This document shows, piece by piece, positions 26,145 to 39,425 of a stretch of DNA of 64,000 bases. The translations under genes and the position numbers were made by a program. The DNA lies in the NCBI GenBank assembly GCA_051294375.1, contig CM119266.1, positions 4,586,573 through 4,650,572 on the forward strand, read 5' to 3'. Within the stretch, counting starts at the first letter, position 1. Each line of letters starts with the position of its first letter. Below the pieces are notes generated by a model that worked only from the letters and a program-made list of their open reading frames with translations, did not search any database and was not told where the DNA came from. This stretch comes from Paraspadella gotoi (lineage: Eukaryota; Animalia; Chaetognatha).

Positions 26145-27545
26145 AGATTGAACATAAAATTGGCTGAATCTAAAGTCTAATTCTAAATGTATTTTTTGTT
26201 TTTGAAATCTTTTTTTTTTTCAGCGAGTTACATATTCTCTAGAACGTGTCTGATCCCTTTTTTTTGGATTGTTTCTTTTTTTTCGATTTGGTATGCCTTG
26301 GTCTTAAACTTAAAATATCCAGACACGGAATAAACTCGCAAAACCGTTTTCTTCCTCTTTTTGTATATTTTATTATTATTCGGTTAAAGGCGGTGTGTGA
26401 TGAATATATATTAATTAGTTCCTAAGCCTCATGCCTGAATTTGTTGACGGTTTGAAGCATCACGTACCAAAATATCATTCCCAAAAATTGTGGGGAAAAA
26501 ATAAATATGTTTGAACTGTCTTTTTTTTTTTTCTGAACGCTCGATCGTTCGCTTATCTAGTCTGAACAGTGACTGAACAGTGATTGATGAAAGTTTGAAT
26601 GATAATGATGATGATAATTCTGTATGATTAGTCGGACTTGAAAAAAAGGTATTTTCCTAGTTTTAGAAAAAAAGCTCTTTTTTTTTTTCTGAATGTATCG
26701 CTTCAGATATATGAACGTCTGTAATACAATAATTTATGACTACTCTTCCCTGGTGTCTTTTTTTTTTAATTTTGAAATTGTGGAGCGGTGAACGACCTTC
26801 GATCCGCTTGTACCCGAGATAATAGTAAGGAGATCAGCGACCGAAAAACTCATTCATCTTTGACGCGAAAAAATTTGATTCGAAATATTCGGAAAAAGTT
26901 TTAATGAAATCGAGAAAGCACAATGCATGAGATAGATTTTAATGGCATCGCACTAGTTATTACAAAATCAGCATAAAATGCTAATATGTGGCAATTCTCT
27001 TGTAAGAAGGATGGAAATCCTAATCCACCATTGCTTGTCCGAGTTGATAACTTGGCTAAGTTATTAAATAAATTATAAAAAAGGACAATTTTTATATTTT
27101 CTTTCCCAAATTCACACCTCATATTGTATACGTAAGATAAAAAAAATTGTTATTGTTATTTGTTCATGTTCGAAGTGTAATTTACAGCGCCATCTCCGTT
27201 TAGGCTTAAGCAAAGAATGGTTCATAAAATATCGATCGAACCAACTTTGCCGAGCGCTAATTTTCTCTCCTCACTACATCTGAAGCGGAACGCATAAACC
27301 AGAGGCCCGGATGAGCGGGAGAAGGGGGGGGAGAGTCGCGGTGAAACTGGCTCGTGACGCGCGTGAGTCCTGAGTGAACGACGGAAGGAATCACGAGCGC
27401 GCGAGTGTGAGAAGGAAGAAGAGTTCACAGGCCTGCGACAACCGGAAGAGGAGTGGTCCTCGCGAAAGGGAAACATTTGTGTCGAGATTAGTGGGACGGT
27501 CTCTCTCTCTCTCTCTCTGCTTCTCTTCCCCCTTTTCCTTCTTTC

Positions 27546-27621
<76 letters not shown>

Positions 27622-28907
27622 ACGCGGGATAGAACTAGTGTAGGACTGAGGCAGGGTTGGGTGGGTGGATAACGATGCCCTTAAAAAGGAGCAGGAAGTC
27701 GAATCGTCGTCGTCGTCGTCGTCGTCCTTGCGGTTCTCATTTCTCAGCATTTTTTTTCTCTTTTTTTTTCTCTCAGAATTTGGGTTTCGTTTTGGTTTCG
27801 TCTCTCCCAGATTTTTCTTTCTTTTTCATTCTTTTTTTTTCTCTTTTGGTTCCGAGTTCTCGACATTTTTTCGTTGTTATCGCGAATGATAATCGTTTTT
27901 GTTGTACTCTGAAAACTGCGTGAAAGAACTTCCGTTTTTAAGTTCTACTTCCTCTTTTATTTCCTTTTTTTAAACAAAAATTATAATAAATCGTTATATT
28001 TTATTAATTATTACGAAACTCCGAATTTAAGATTTGATAAAAAGTGTTTTCATGTCTCTGAGGCCATCGTATTATGAAAAAGAGTTTTCGTCTTTGCATT
28101 CTTAGTACTAAAGTGCCTTAAAAGTAAAAATATTATTTTCGATCCGCCTCTTAAAACTAATCTTAAATTTAAGATTCAAATGTTATTTTAAAAAAATCCT
28201 GGTCGTTCTCACTTCGCAGCCTTCACTTTGATAAATACATTTTATCTCATCCCTGTGGGCGTCCATTGTCATTAGAAATAGAATTTATTGTTATTTTCGT
28301 GTAAATAAATTCTGAATTTATCTCTCGCGCCTAATTTATAACAAGTTGCAAGGTTGCCCACTTGCCCATCTCCGATTCACAATGCTCCTGTTCGCCCCAA
28401 TAGCCGGCTCCTAACACCAACGGATCTGGCTCCAATAACCCACTCCCCCGATCCACTACAACGCTCTACTTTGCCACTCCTCTAAACTTTTCCAATTTCG
28501 TGATTCAAATTTTTTTTTCTCCGCTCAGATTTTCGTCCTTAAATGTTGGTCCAAATACCTCGATTGCTATTTTCGCCTTCATGAGACCAAAATTACCTGC
28601 GTTCGAAAAAAAAATGACAACAACAGCGAGAAAAACCGAGTGTACCTCATCTTAGCTAATAGAGTTCGATAAGTGACGACGACGACGACGACGACGAAAA
28701 CGACGACGACGACGCGCCCGGTCGATGTTGAAGAGGCAACGAGTCCTTAGCTTTAACTCTCTCAGATTTTCTTTTTCTGTCCTCTAAAAATAATTTGTAG
28801 TTAAAAGCGCGAGAGACGAAAAAACCAATTATTTAATTTCGATTTCGTTACGATCCTCTCACACTCACTCTTTGATTTACTCACCTTTTTTCGGACAGAC
28901 TTGCATA

Positions 28908-31900
28908 ATGACCACTTGGGGATACAGCGCCGAAGATGGTAAGTCATCTGCTCGATAAGATAAAAGAAATTAAATATAATCTAAAGTAAAATTACGTTAT
29001 TTATTTATTTTGAAATTCGAATCGAAGAATTTGTCTTGTTTATAAACGAATTCTCTAAACATTTTCAACCTAAAATAAACAGCCGGTTATCCTTCGTTAA
29101 AATTTTTCTCACAAAATATTTGTCTCGACATTTTTATGGAAGGCTGTGATAGATATTTTCTATTTAAATTATACATTATACTCGTTTTCCTGTTAACTCG
29201 CATCCATCCATATTTTAAATCTGGTCACGTTTTTGCTCAAATAAAAGCACAAAAAGTAGAACTATATTCTGCTATTACTCTTCTCACTCAAAAAACTAAC
29301 AAGCCCAGCTGTATGACAAGTATGACGGATATTTTTTATTCTTAAAATCTCCATTTAAGTTTTTATTGAGTTTTAAGTACCTAAATTCATAAGTTGATTT
29401 TCCAGCAACGGATTAAGTTCGCGATCGATTTTAAATTTAAATGAATTATATTCGCTCAACAAGTTTTTTGCCTTCCATTAACTCGAGTGTCAAGTCTTTT
29501 ATCCATGATAGATCGATTTAAAATTTAATTTTGACCGAATTGAGAAAAGTGAAAAAGGAGGTACGTTTGAATTTTGAGTATCTAAGGTTATTGTAACCTC
29601 GGAACCGGAGAGAGAAAACGAGAGAGAAAGAAAGAGTCGTAATTTTAAATGATTTTTGGCATAATTTTGCTTTCGCCGACTGGTGTTAGGGGGGTTTATG
29701 GTTAAGGGTAGTTTTATGGTGGTTTAAGGTTAAAGGTAATTAGGGTAAGGGGGGTTTAGGGTTAAGGTATTTAAATTTTTTTAATAAATATTTATTTTTA
29801 AATAGTTTTTTTTTTTTAAACAGACAAAATCCCAGTCGGCGAAAGTAAAATTTTACCAATGACTAAATAGCTTATTGTTTCATATAAAGTTTGTTACATA
29901 AAACTGTTACCTGTTACTTTCGCCTGTTACTTATCTTCCCATTGCCCAATGGTAACATCCGTGCGTGGTTAATTCATCTATTAATTCCAGTTTACCCCTT
30001 CCCCCCTCTTCCGTTTAACCCAGGCCCCGCCCGCTGGCACCAACACTTCCCAGCGGCGCGCGGATTCCAACAATCGCCGATCGACCTGAACCCGGCGTCG
30101 GCGACGCTCGATCGGGGCCTCAATGCGGCGCCGCTTAAGTGGAAGTTCGTGGCCGAAGATTGCAAAGTCGTGGTGAACAATGGGAAGTCGGTGACTGTGC
30201 AGATCGATGGAGAAAGATCGAGTAAGTTGATGAAAAAACTAGGGCAGAAGTCATATAGAGGTAATATTTTAATCATTAATAAAATTTATATATAATACGC
30301 TTGCAAGCTTCTCTTATGTTATTATCTTCTGTCAACATGGACAGTGTCTGTATTGTCCAAAGTGTGGGAGCAAGATGGATAGATTGTTTGATTTATTGAT
30401 TCTATGTATGTACATATTTTATAAATAACAATTTCGGATTATAACCAAGAACGTTCGAGATTTATTTTCATTTTCCCTTTTTCTTCCCCGTCTCATTTCG
30501 TTTTTTTTTTTAAATATTTATATAAACAAAAAGATCTTAATTTTTTTTTCAAACTAATTGAAACCAAATGAGCCGATGAAAAAATTTAGAGATCGTCTCA
30601 CTTTAAAAAAAAATTCTTATGATATAACCTGAAAAAGAAAAAAGTTCCTTTTTTTTTCTTGGTTATTCTTAAGAATATCGGATTACGCTTTTTTTTTAAT
30701 TGTTCATTTTTCTTCCAGGTTTAACCGGCGGTCCTCTATGCGGAGAATACAAAGTGGCCCAGTTTCATTTTCACTGGGGAAAGGACAACGCCCGGGGATC
30801 CGAACACACCGTCAATGGACGAGTTTACCCGGCCGAGGTCAGTTATCACTTTTGTAAAAAATTATAACTCGAGTTGATATTTATTCGAAAAACTAATATC
30901 AGACGTATTATTTATTTGGCAAAAATATTGTTTTTTTATGTACTTGCACTGCTTCTCCATAGTGAAATACAATTATCACTTAATCTTAGAAGAGATCTTA
31001 GACTTTTTCTCATTCTCAAACTTAATCCTGAAATTTATCTCATCTTGCTTAGGTTAATTTAAGTTTTTGATTTAATTTTCAGGTTCACATTGTCCACTAC
31101 AACACCGCCTACGGAAGTTTCGCGAATGCCGTCGACAAACCAGATGGTCTTTGCGTCTTAGGCGCCTTTATTGAGGTCCTTAATACATTGCAATATTAAT
31201 CCGTTAGATTAGTAACAAACCTTTAGAGCTAATTTTTATATAAATTGAAGAGACAGTGATTATTGTTATGTGTTAGTGACAGAACCGTTCAATATAAGCA
31301 GTCCCTGAGCTTCGGATCAGGCTGTAACACCATGTTACAGGCGGGTTAAGCGCCCCGTCCCTCTTAACTGCCAGACGACCACCGGGCTAGAACCCCGACC
31401 TTTGGTTGGGAGGCGAATGACTTGCCTCTGGCACCAATGGCCGCTGATGAACGGTTGGTGGATTTTAGTCCACCATACATCCCCCCTCCCGTAGGGAGAA
31501 GTCTGTTGCGTCTCTTCAGTGAATTGTTGTTGGTGGTGGAAAGTCGTCACCAAGTTGAGGCATGTCGCCTGATGTGTTGTGGGCGGAAAGTGCATCGCCA
31601 GGTTGAGGCATGTTGCCTGAAAGTGTTGTTGTTGCTGTTGTGTTCGGAAGTCGGGCTCACCAATGAAGAGACAGTGATTATTGTTATGTGTTAGTACAGA
31701 ACCGTTCAATATAAGCAGTCCCTGAGCTTCGGATCAGGCTGTAACACCATGTTACAGGCGGGTTAAGCGCCCCGTCCCTCTTAACTGCCAGACGACCACC
31801 GGGCTAGAACCCCGGACCTTTGGGTTGGGAGGCGAATGACTTGCCTCCGGCACCAATGGCCGCTGATGAACGGTTGGTGGATTTTAGTCCACCATAAAAT

Positions 31901-33048
31901 ATAAATTATTTAACTTTTTTAAGCTGACCTTAAGTTTTTTAAGTACTAGGGAAGTTGAGGAAAACTAAGTTTCACTACACTTCTACAATTTGAAAATGAC
32001 ATGAACTTTTAGCTTTGGGTCGAAAACCAATTTAGAATATTAAATCGAATGAGAAATCCAATAGATATCTTTATTATTCCGCTGCGGACAGTTGTCTCCG
32101 ATAATTCGTTTAAGATACCAATAAAATTATCAATATTCAATAGTTTATTGATAAATAACTATCCACCAATAAAAATAACTGAACGAATTTCCAAATCACC
32201 GCAGGCCGGAGAGGAGCACAAGGGACTGTCAGAGCTGTTTTCCGTTCTGCCTCAATTCTGTTCACACAGCGGTGGCGAGTTGAATCTGGCGGAAAAGGGG
32301 AAAGTCATCGATCCGACCTCACTTTTGCCGGGTAAGTTATCGATACCACGCAATTGATATTAATTTAATTTTTGCTTTTAGCTTATTTGATTAATATCAA
32401 TAATCATTAGTCTATTGTTAGTTAGTAATGCTCTTGATACGACTGGCCAAAACTCAAATTTCTTCTCCATTGTCAACCTTACCTTTTTTTTTCGTCAGAC
32501 GAGCACGATTACCTCACCTACCGAGGCTCCCTCACCACGCCCCCTTGTTTCGAATCCGTGCAGTGGGTCAACTTTCTCAAACCAATTCAATTCTCCGAAG
32601 CTCAGGTGCAACCAACGTCCAATTAGTTTTGAGGTTGTTCTTTTTTTTGTTGTCAGCGTTTGTGTTTACTTTTCTACTTCGTTAACTTAATTAGGCAGTT
32701 CGGTTCGTTTGTTTGTCTCTGTCTACTTAATGGATGGTTGAGTTCTGTTTGTTTGTCAATTGCGGTCCTTCTGACTACTTGTTAGATTCGGTTCATATAT
32801 CTGTCTTTCTTGACTCTCTCTATATCTTTGTCCTTATTATTTCATATTTTGGATTCTCATTTTCTATCCGTCTTTCCGTCTGTCCATACATCCATCTGTC
32901 CATCTTCAAATGTCTTTCTATTCAGTTATCGACTCTGCGGAATCTCTACGCGACGACTGAAGGCGACGGACCCAAAATAGTGGACAACTATCGCCCCGTT
33001 TGTCCGTTGCTCAACCGACACGTTACCGCCAACTTTGGCGTCAATTGA
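28908..33048 (+). CDS. Cytosolic alpha-carbonic anhydrase (7 coding exons)
   Basis: MTTWGY, QSPIDL, NNGKSV, QFHFHWG...GSEHTV...YPAE|VHIVH (three Zn-binding His), [23 protein letters not shown] and NYRP are all present. No signal peptide. Exons start at 28908, 30024, 30719, 31084, 32205, ~32499 and ~32926. Confidence 0.95.
31246..31896 (-). mobile_element. Complete TRIM (non-autonomous LTR retrotransposon) with tRNA-like LTRs, Helenus-like
   Basis: Near-identical LTRs at 31246-31477 and 31664-31896. On the minus strand the PBS TGGTGAGCCCGAC follows the 5' LTR and the PPT GGGAGGGGGGATG precedes the 3' LTR. 4-bp TSD AAAT; 186-bp non-coding interior. Confidence 0.92.
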
Positions 33049-34138
33049 ACCGACAACAGACAGCGGCTTGGACCCTCTTTGCCGTTCAAAGCGAATTCGT
33101 TTAACGTAGACATATCGATCCTTTCAAATCAATCAATCAATCAATCATATCAGCTCGCTAATTTTTTTGCTCAATAACTTTAAAAAATAACTTTTTTGAG
33201 TTTAATATAATCTTGATCTTAGCAACGATTCTGATTTTTGTAAACTATACATACATACATACACTCGAGTTCAGGTTCCGACTTTTGAATTCCGCTCATT
33301 TTTTTGGAATTTGATTTCATTTAAAAAAAACCAACGCATGCTTCCTCTCACACAAAAAGCCTTAGTGTTAGTTTTTTAGACTATGGTAGTTTTGAATGGT
33401 TTTATACTTTTATTTTTGGCCTTGACAATTATTTCGTCTACAACGTGATCACTAAAATGAAGCCATTTGTGTTCTTTTATTTTTTCTATGTATCGCTCTT
33501 CCTAGAATCAATTTCGTAAGCATTGACGAATAGTTAAATTGTAATTTTCTTTAAAAGGAAATTCTCTATTTTTAACATATTTGTTTGTGTATTAGATGAG
33601 AATTTGATAATCCTTTAGAAACCGTAGTCACTAAAATTGTAATGGTCTAATGTTATTACAGATTCGGCATAAATAGAAATTCATAAAACGTAATTCCGAT
33701 TTGGTTTTTTTTTTCTCTTTTTAATGTATTTTATATAAGTATTTTACATCACACAAGTTAGTTCATTAATAAATAAAAAAAAAAGCAAAAGCGCAATCCT
33801 ATATCCTGCTTCCAACAAAAGTCACGTGACCGTTGATGCAACGGGAGAACGCGTCCGCCATCAGAGGGGATGGCAATAGCAGTTGCAAGCCAAAGCGGAC
33901 GAAATAACCAAGCGATGCTTTCTGCTCTGGGAACCAGAAGCTTTATTTTTCCATCTTCGTCTAACGGCGAAAGCGGAAAGCTCACGAAGAAGAAAACAAA
34001 AGATCAGAGCGAGCGTTTTATTCATTAGGTGCCAATGGAAGAGACGCGATTAAGAAACCAAATGTAAACAAATTTAACTTCGAAAAATGGTTTTTAATTA
34101 ATAAAAGTTTTGAGCCTCGTTTCGTGCGTCATTTCAAA

Positions 34139-36417
34139 ATGGCGTCGCTGGCTCTGGAGGGAATATTCGCGTCGCTCGTCGGAGGAAAAGAAGTCGACAT
34201 CGATTTCCCAGTCGATCGACTCTTCAGGTGATTTTGCTCAAAAATTTGACATAACATGACATGACGTCTCAAGCTGAAAGGATCAAGATAGTTCAATTTG
34301 ATCTTTATTAAAAAAAAGACATCACTAATAACAGAAGGTTGAATATCATTCATAATAGAAAGTAAAATTTTATCAAGGTGTAAGTTTAAATCGAATTTTA
34401 AATGTTTATTAAAAAGTTCGTTTCCCACTTTTATTCCTATTTAATGATCATTCTCCGTTGTCGAGGTTAAAAAGAGAACCAACAGAAACTTCCAAGACTG
34501 CTGATGCATTGAAAAATATATAATACATACAATCAATCAATCAATTCAATCCCCGCAGGAAATTAGGCGTCTACCTCCCTTGCATGTTCGCCGCCATCTT
34601 GGTCGGACAGAATCTCCAATTTCCCGACGCTTGTTACTCGGACGAGATTAAAGACAAAGAAGATCCAAGACTTAATTTCTTCTCTTCCATCTGCTTGACG
34701 CGATCGACATTCTTTGCCAACGCCACTGGTCAGTTTAGGGGAAGGGGGGGGAATGGAGAGTGGGGGGGCGTTGTGGTGAAGATGAATTGGGAAGTGGGTA
34801 AAATGGAGTCGTGGCTGTGGGCGAGATCTTCTGGGTTCACTACAAATGAGGAAAGTGGTCGCTCTATGTGCCCTAATTGGTAAAATGCGGTCAATGTGAG
34901 TGAGTGAGTGATTTAAAAGGGCACGAACCCGAGTAAATCAGTCTATTTTTAGAAGCCCCATCTTCCAATCCTCAATTTTCCTTTTACAGACACGAAAGAA
35001 GAAAATTACGCGTTCATGAGTTTGCCCGTCGTCTTTTTACTTCAAGGTAAGTTCCAGATTGTAAACCGAGTAAGGTAATTTTCAGAATATTATAATAATT
35101 AATTGGTGCAACGAAAATAAAAATTAATGCATTCATTCAATAACTAAGATATCTTGCCCCTGAATTCAGACAGACTTTGACTGGCCTGCATTCCTCATGC
35201 AGATAATAACATAGCAAAATGTTGCAAGCTTTCAATCATCTGGGAGTGAATTAACTTGACTGCGAGAGAGTCTTAATTTAAAGCTTGGTTTAACCCGCCA
35301 TAGCCTGTCCAAAGTTTGTGACAATATAGCTTATTTATTATATGAATGGATAAGGTTTAAATAGGTTGTACGACATATGACATTTCTCGTGTGATATACT
35401 ATGACGAATCACATTATTCTTAACCTTGTCCCCTCCCTTCCCCCCTTCTCAACGGGTAAGGCTTCTTGTCCTATGTCCCTTACCTATTATACGCTGCCTC
35501 AACTGAGTCCATTATTCTTCCGGTTTTGAATGAAGGAAGAGACATGACGAAGATCACGACGCTCGAAGCTGCTCTCACCACCTCCAGCAGGTGTGATCTG
35601 CCTCTCTCTCTCTCTCTCTCTCTCCCTCTGATTCCTCACTCTGTCTCTATCATTTTCCAGCGAGGAGTCCGACAAAAACTCTCCCGACGCCGAAGAAGAA
35701 GAATTGAAGAATCTGCAAAGACAAATGGAAATGAAGATTAAGGCGAAGATGAGACTTTTTGTGGCTCAAAGGTGATATATTGATTAGGGTGGAGTGATGA
35801 AAAGATTGAGTGATTGAACATTATTTTTTTGCTGCCTATGGACATATAATTAATGAATTTTAAATCCTTTTAAAAATTTTTTTAGCATAACAGTATAGCA
35901 AATTCAATTATTTATGTAGTAATATCCTTATAAAATAGTCAAATTTGAAAATAATTTTTTTTTTATTTTTAAGAACTGATTCGGATTCGCTGTAAAAAAC
36001 TAAGAAACTTTTATAAAATATGTTATATGATATTTTAATGTTTAGATCACAAAAAATGACTAAAATGTTTTAACATATATAAGTTTCTACTACAGAGAAT
36101 AAAAAATCAAGAATTTTCACCTTTTTTCTTTTTTAAACATTGAAGATGACAGAATTTTTGATAACATGTTTTATATTTTTGATTCAACTTTTTATGAAGA
36201 ATCTGAATCTTTATTAAAAGTTTTATAAAATTATTTTTTTAAAATTTACTATTTTATAAGGATATTACTACAAATACATTATATTTTACTATTCTGTTCC
36301 CGAGATAATATGAACAAAATATTTTTTGTACTAGTTAATCATACTATCTCACATCTAAATATCATTGTTCGATCATTCAAATATTTTTTTTTTTTTTTCT
36401 TGAGTGCTCCACTCTAA

Positions 36418-36448
<31 letters not shown>

Positions 36449-38071
36449 TGATTTGAATGATTGATTGATTGACTGATTGCCTTTACTTAATTGGATTGAT
36501 TGATTGACTTAATTTGTTTGATTTATTGTATTTACTTAATTGATTTGATTGATAGGCTTGATTTGATTGATTGATTGATTTTTTAAAATTAATTTATCGA
36601 CTTTTTTTATTATTTTATTGATCAATTTGATTGGTTAAATAAAATACTAAATTTGACCGACTGAATATATTCGATTGGTCCATCGATTAAATCCACAGTG
36701 TGTTGATTCCATACCTCGACAAACTGGGTCCGCCTACTCCCTGCTCCTCCCTGCCCTCTCTCTCCCCCGACACCTTCCACTCGCACCCACACGCAGACTC
36801 AAATCCGTCGCAGGCAAAGAGCTCTACTCCAAATACATCCTCTTTCAAGTTTTTCTCAAGTTTCTCGTCATGTTCCTTCAAATCTTCCTCCTCCTCTTCC
36901 TCTTCGGCCCCGACTCCTTCCCGTCTCTTCTCTACTGCGATCCGACGGCTGCGGCTCCTGAGGCCGCGTCGGCCTTCACTGCGGCGTCGGCTGCGGCTCC
37001 TGGGGCTGAGGCAGCGGCTGACGCGGCTCTGTCGCGTCTCTACGTCTGCGTCTTTCCTCGGAACCGAGGCGCCTTTTATCTCTGGGTCGTCGACGTGGGC
37101 GTGGCCGTGACGTTGCCCGTCGTTTCCTTCGTCTGGTGATTTGGGGGGGGGGTCGATTTAGTTTCGTTTGTTTTTTGTTTCTTTATATTTGGTTTTAGTT
37201 TATATTAAGGCAATAAACAACATCGAGACGATAACCATTATATTTTAGGTTTTTCAGTTTTTTTAATGTTTGTCCATTGTCCATTGTTTATTTTTTTGGT
37301 TCTTTAATTTCATTTTTTTACCGAATTTAATTTGCGTTAGTTTACATTTAGCCAATTGTAGCGGTTGTATACAATGATAAACAACACTCAATGTATTTTT
37401 CCGGGTTTACATGAAATTAGTACTATGCAAACGATATAAAAATATCCATTAATTCAAACAAAGCAAGAATGATGGTTTGTTTATTATTGATTTCTGACTT
37501 TGGAGCGTTAGAGCATTTCTCTTAACAAATAATTAATTGATAAAACCCTGCAAGCTTTTAATCTAAACTTTTTCACAGCCTAATTTATTATCTCCCAGAG
37601 CAATCGACTTTTTAATCAATGAAGTTATTTAATATTTTTATAAACAGTTTCAATTTTATAAAAGGATGACTCCCTTAAGTATTAGATCAAGAAATATTGT
37701 ACTCTGCACTAGCTCGCTGTAATTGGTATTGTCAATACAAAATTATCCCTTCATTCGATAAATAAGCAATTTTATGACCTGTTTTAATTCATCGTCGTCG
37801 TCATCTTCTCTCCAACCGCCCTCTATCGGCCAGGTACGTCATCTACGTAAAATTCGGCTTCCGACGCGACATCTCCAGGGCGAAGATTCTTCGTCGTCGC
37901 GACGAAGTCTTCGTCTTTGAGCAAAAGTTCGTCGCGTCGTTGATGGAGAACGAAGTGGACGACGTGCTGTTGACGCTGGGGTTGCTGCACAGCAACGTAG
38001 ACAAATATGTGGCCATGAGGATCGTTTCCACATTTTGCGACATGACTGAGTGGAAAGAGACCGAGGAGTGA
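34139..38071 (+). CDS. Divergent innexin/pannexin-family channel (8 exons)
   Basis: DFPVDRLF...AILVGQ..FPDAC...SICLTRSTFF (TM1, EL1 with 2 Cys); LPVVFLLQGFLSYVPYLLY (TM2); LYSKYILFQVFLKFLVMFLQIFLLLFLFG (TM3); FPSLLYCD...YVCVFPRN (EL2 with 2 Cys); TM4; C-terminal DDVLLTLGLLHSNV. Splice phases are consistent, including the short intron 36728-36813. Confidence 0.8.
35785..36416. mobile_element. MITE-like element in an innexin intron
   Basis: Ends tagggtggag... / ...ctccactcta, with inner inverted repeats (taatatccttataaaatagt / actattttataaggatatta). A matching end occurs at ~53420-53540 and a matching start at ~61762. Confidence 0.65.
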
Positions 38072-39425
38072 AGACGGAGAATTGTCTTAGACGAGCTATC
38101 GTAGAATTTTTTTTAAAAAAGAACAACGATGACAATGATGATGACAATCATCAATGATTTGTCTTGAACATTTTGACCGTTTTATAAACGAATATAGCCT
38201 ATCGTTCCAATTGTACAGCTCTAATTCAACAATAAAATGATCAAGTATTATTTTAAAAACTAAATCGTTCGTAAGTAATGATAAAATAGGTGACAAAATA
38301 ATGAAAGAAAATTGAATTGAAGTTATGAGTAACAATGTAAACCACTTCAATATGCAAATGAGATTTAGGAACTAAATTTACTAAAAGTCACTTTTATACA
38401 AATGTGTATTCCCAAATAGGCTTTTAATCGTCCTTTGGACATTGTTTTAATTATATAAAGATCTTGTACATTTTTTTTTGCTCTTTATTTTCATTAAAAT
38501 GTAAATTTTATATCCCATAAAAATCGCCGCTTTTTTCCTAAAGCCGATCTAAATTTTCCCGTATGTGGTGGGGACAAGGTGGCACAAAACGAGCGCGTGA
38601 CTTTCATTCGTCAGAGTTTCCATCAGTAACGATGATTGTCGTAGTTATATAGACAAGTCAAGCTTAGATTTGACTTCCTGCCGAATGCACTCGGCGTCGG
38701 CGAAAATGCGAGAGCATGAGAGAAGAAGGATGATAAGATTCGTCTTTTTGGGGGAAATGGTTTTCGAACACTGAATGTTTAAATACTCTGACCGATTTTT
38801 CTTAATTAAACGATAAACACTCGGTTTTACTATTAAATTAAGCGAGCAGCTCCTTCAGAACTCGGATCGCCTTCTGCTTCGATTTTCAAAATGGCGCCGA
38901 TTCGCATTCGCTTTTACTCCGAGAATTTTCAATGCGTTTTGTTGAACGACTCGTTTTTGGAAGACGTTTAAAGAAATATCGGTAATTGTATTTTAATTAT
39001 TACATCTTTTAGGTTGATCAGTAAAAATATTATGTTCGTAGAAAAGGTATTTATGATCGCATTTAAAACCAATAGATTATTTTACAATCTTTCTATCTTC
39101 TTCTCAACATCATAATCGATTTTCATTACGATAGAATGATCGATGGTTTATACTTAAATGTAATATTAATTTCTACTAACAATAATTTATTAAAATTTAC
39201 TAGTTGGAAGTGATTTGTTCAGGTCTTATTAAGCCGAGCTTAATCAGTTTCAAAAATTTGGATTTAAATTTCGTCATTATGGTTAAACCATAAACGTATG
39301 TACTATAGTTAACAGAAGAAAGGAATTCAAACCGTCTCCATTTAAAGGTTCTCTTGAGCTCCAAGTTTAATTAAATAGTTTATTTAATAATATTTAGAAA
39401 CCAAGGACGGAAATGATAAAGAATC

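Noticed and set aside
31440-31480. Hammerhead ribozyme (CTGATGA) in the LTR, i.e. a retrozyme
   Set aside because: No GAAA after a stem II, and the motif is antisense to the element; the tRNA-like reading fits better.
36700-36830. Frameshift in the innexin
   Set aside because: Resolved by an 86-nt phase-1 intron at 36728-36813.
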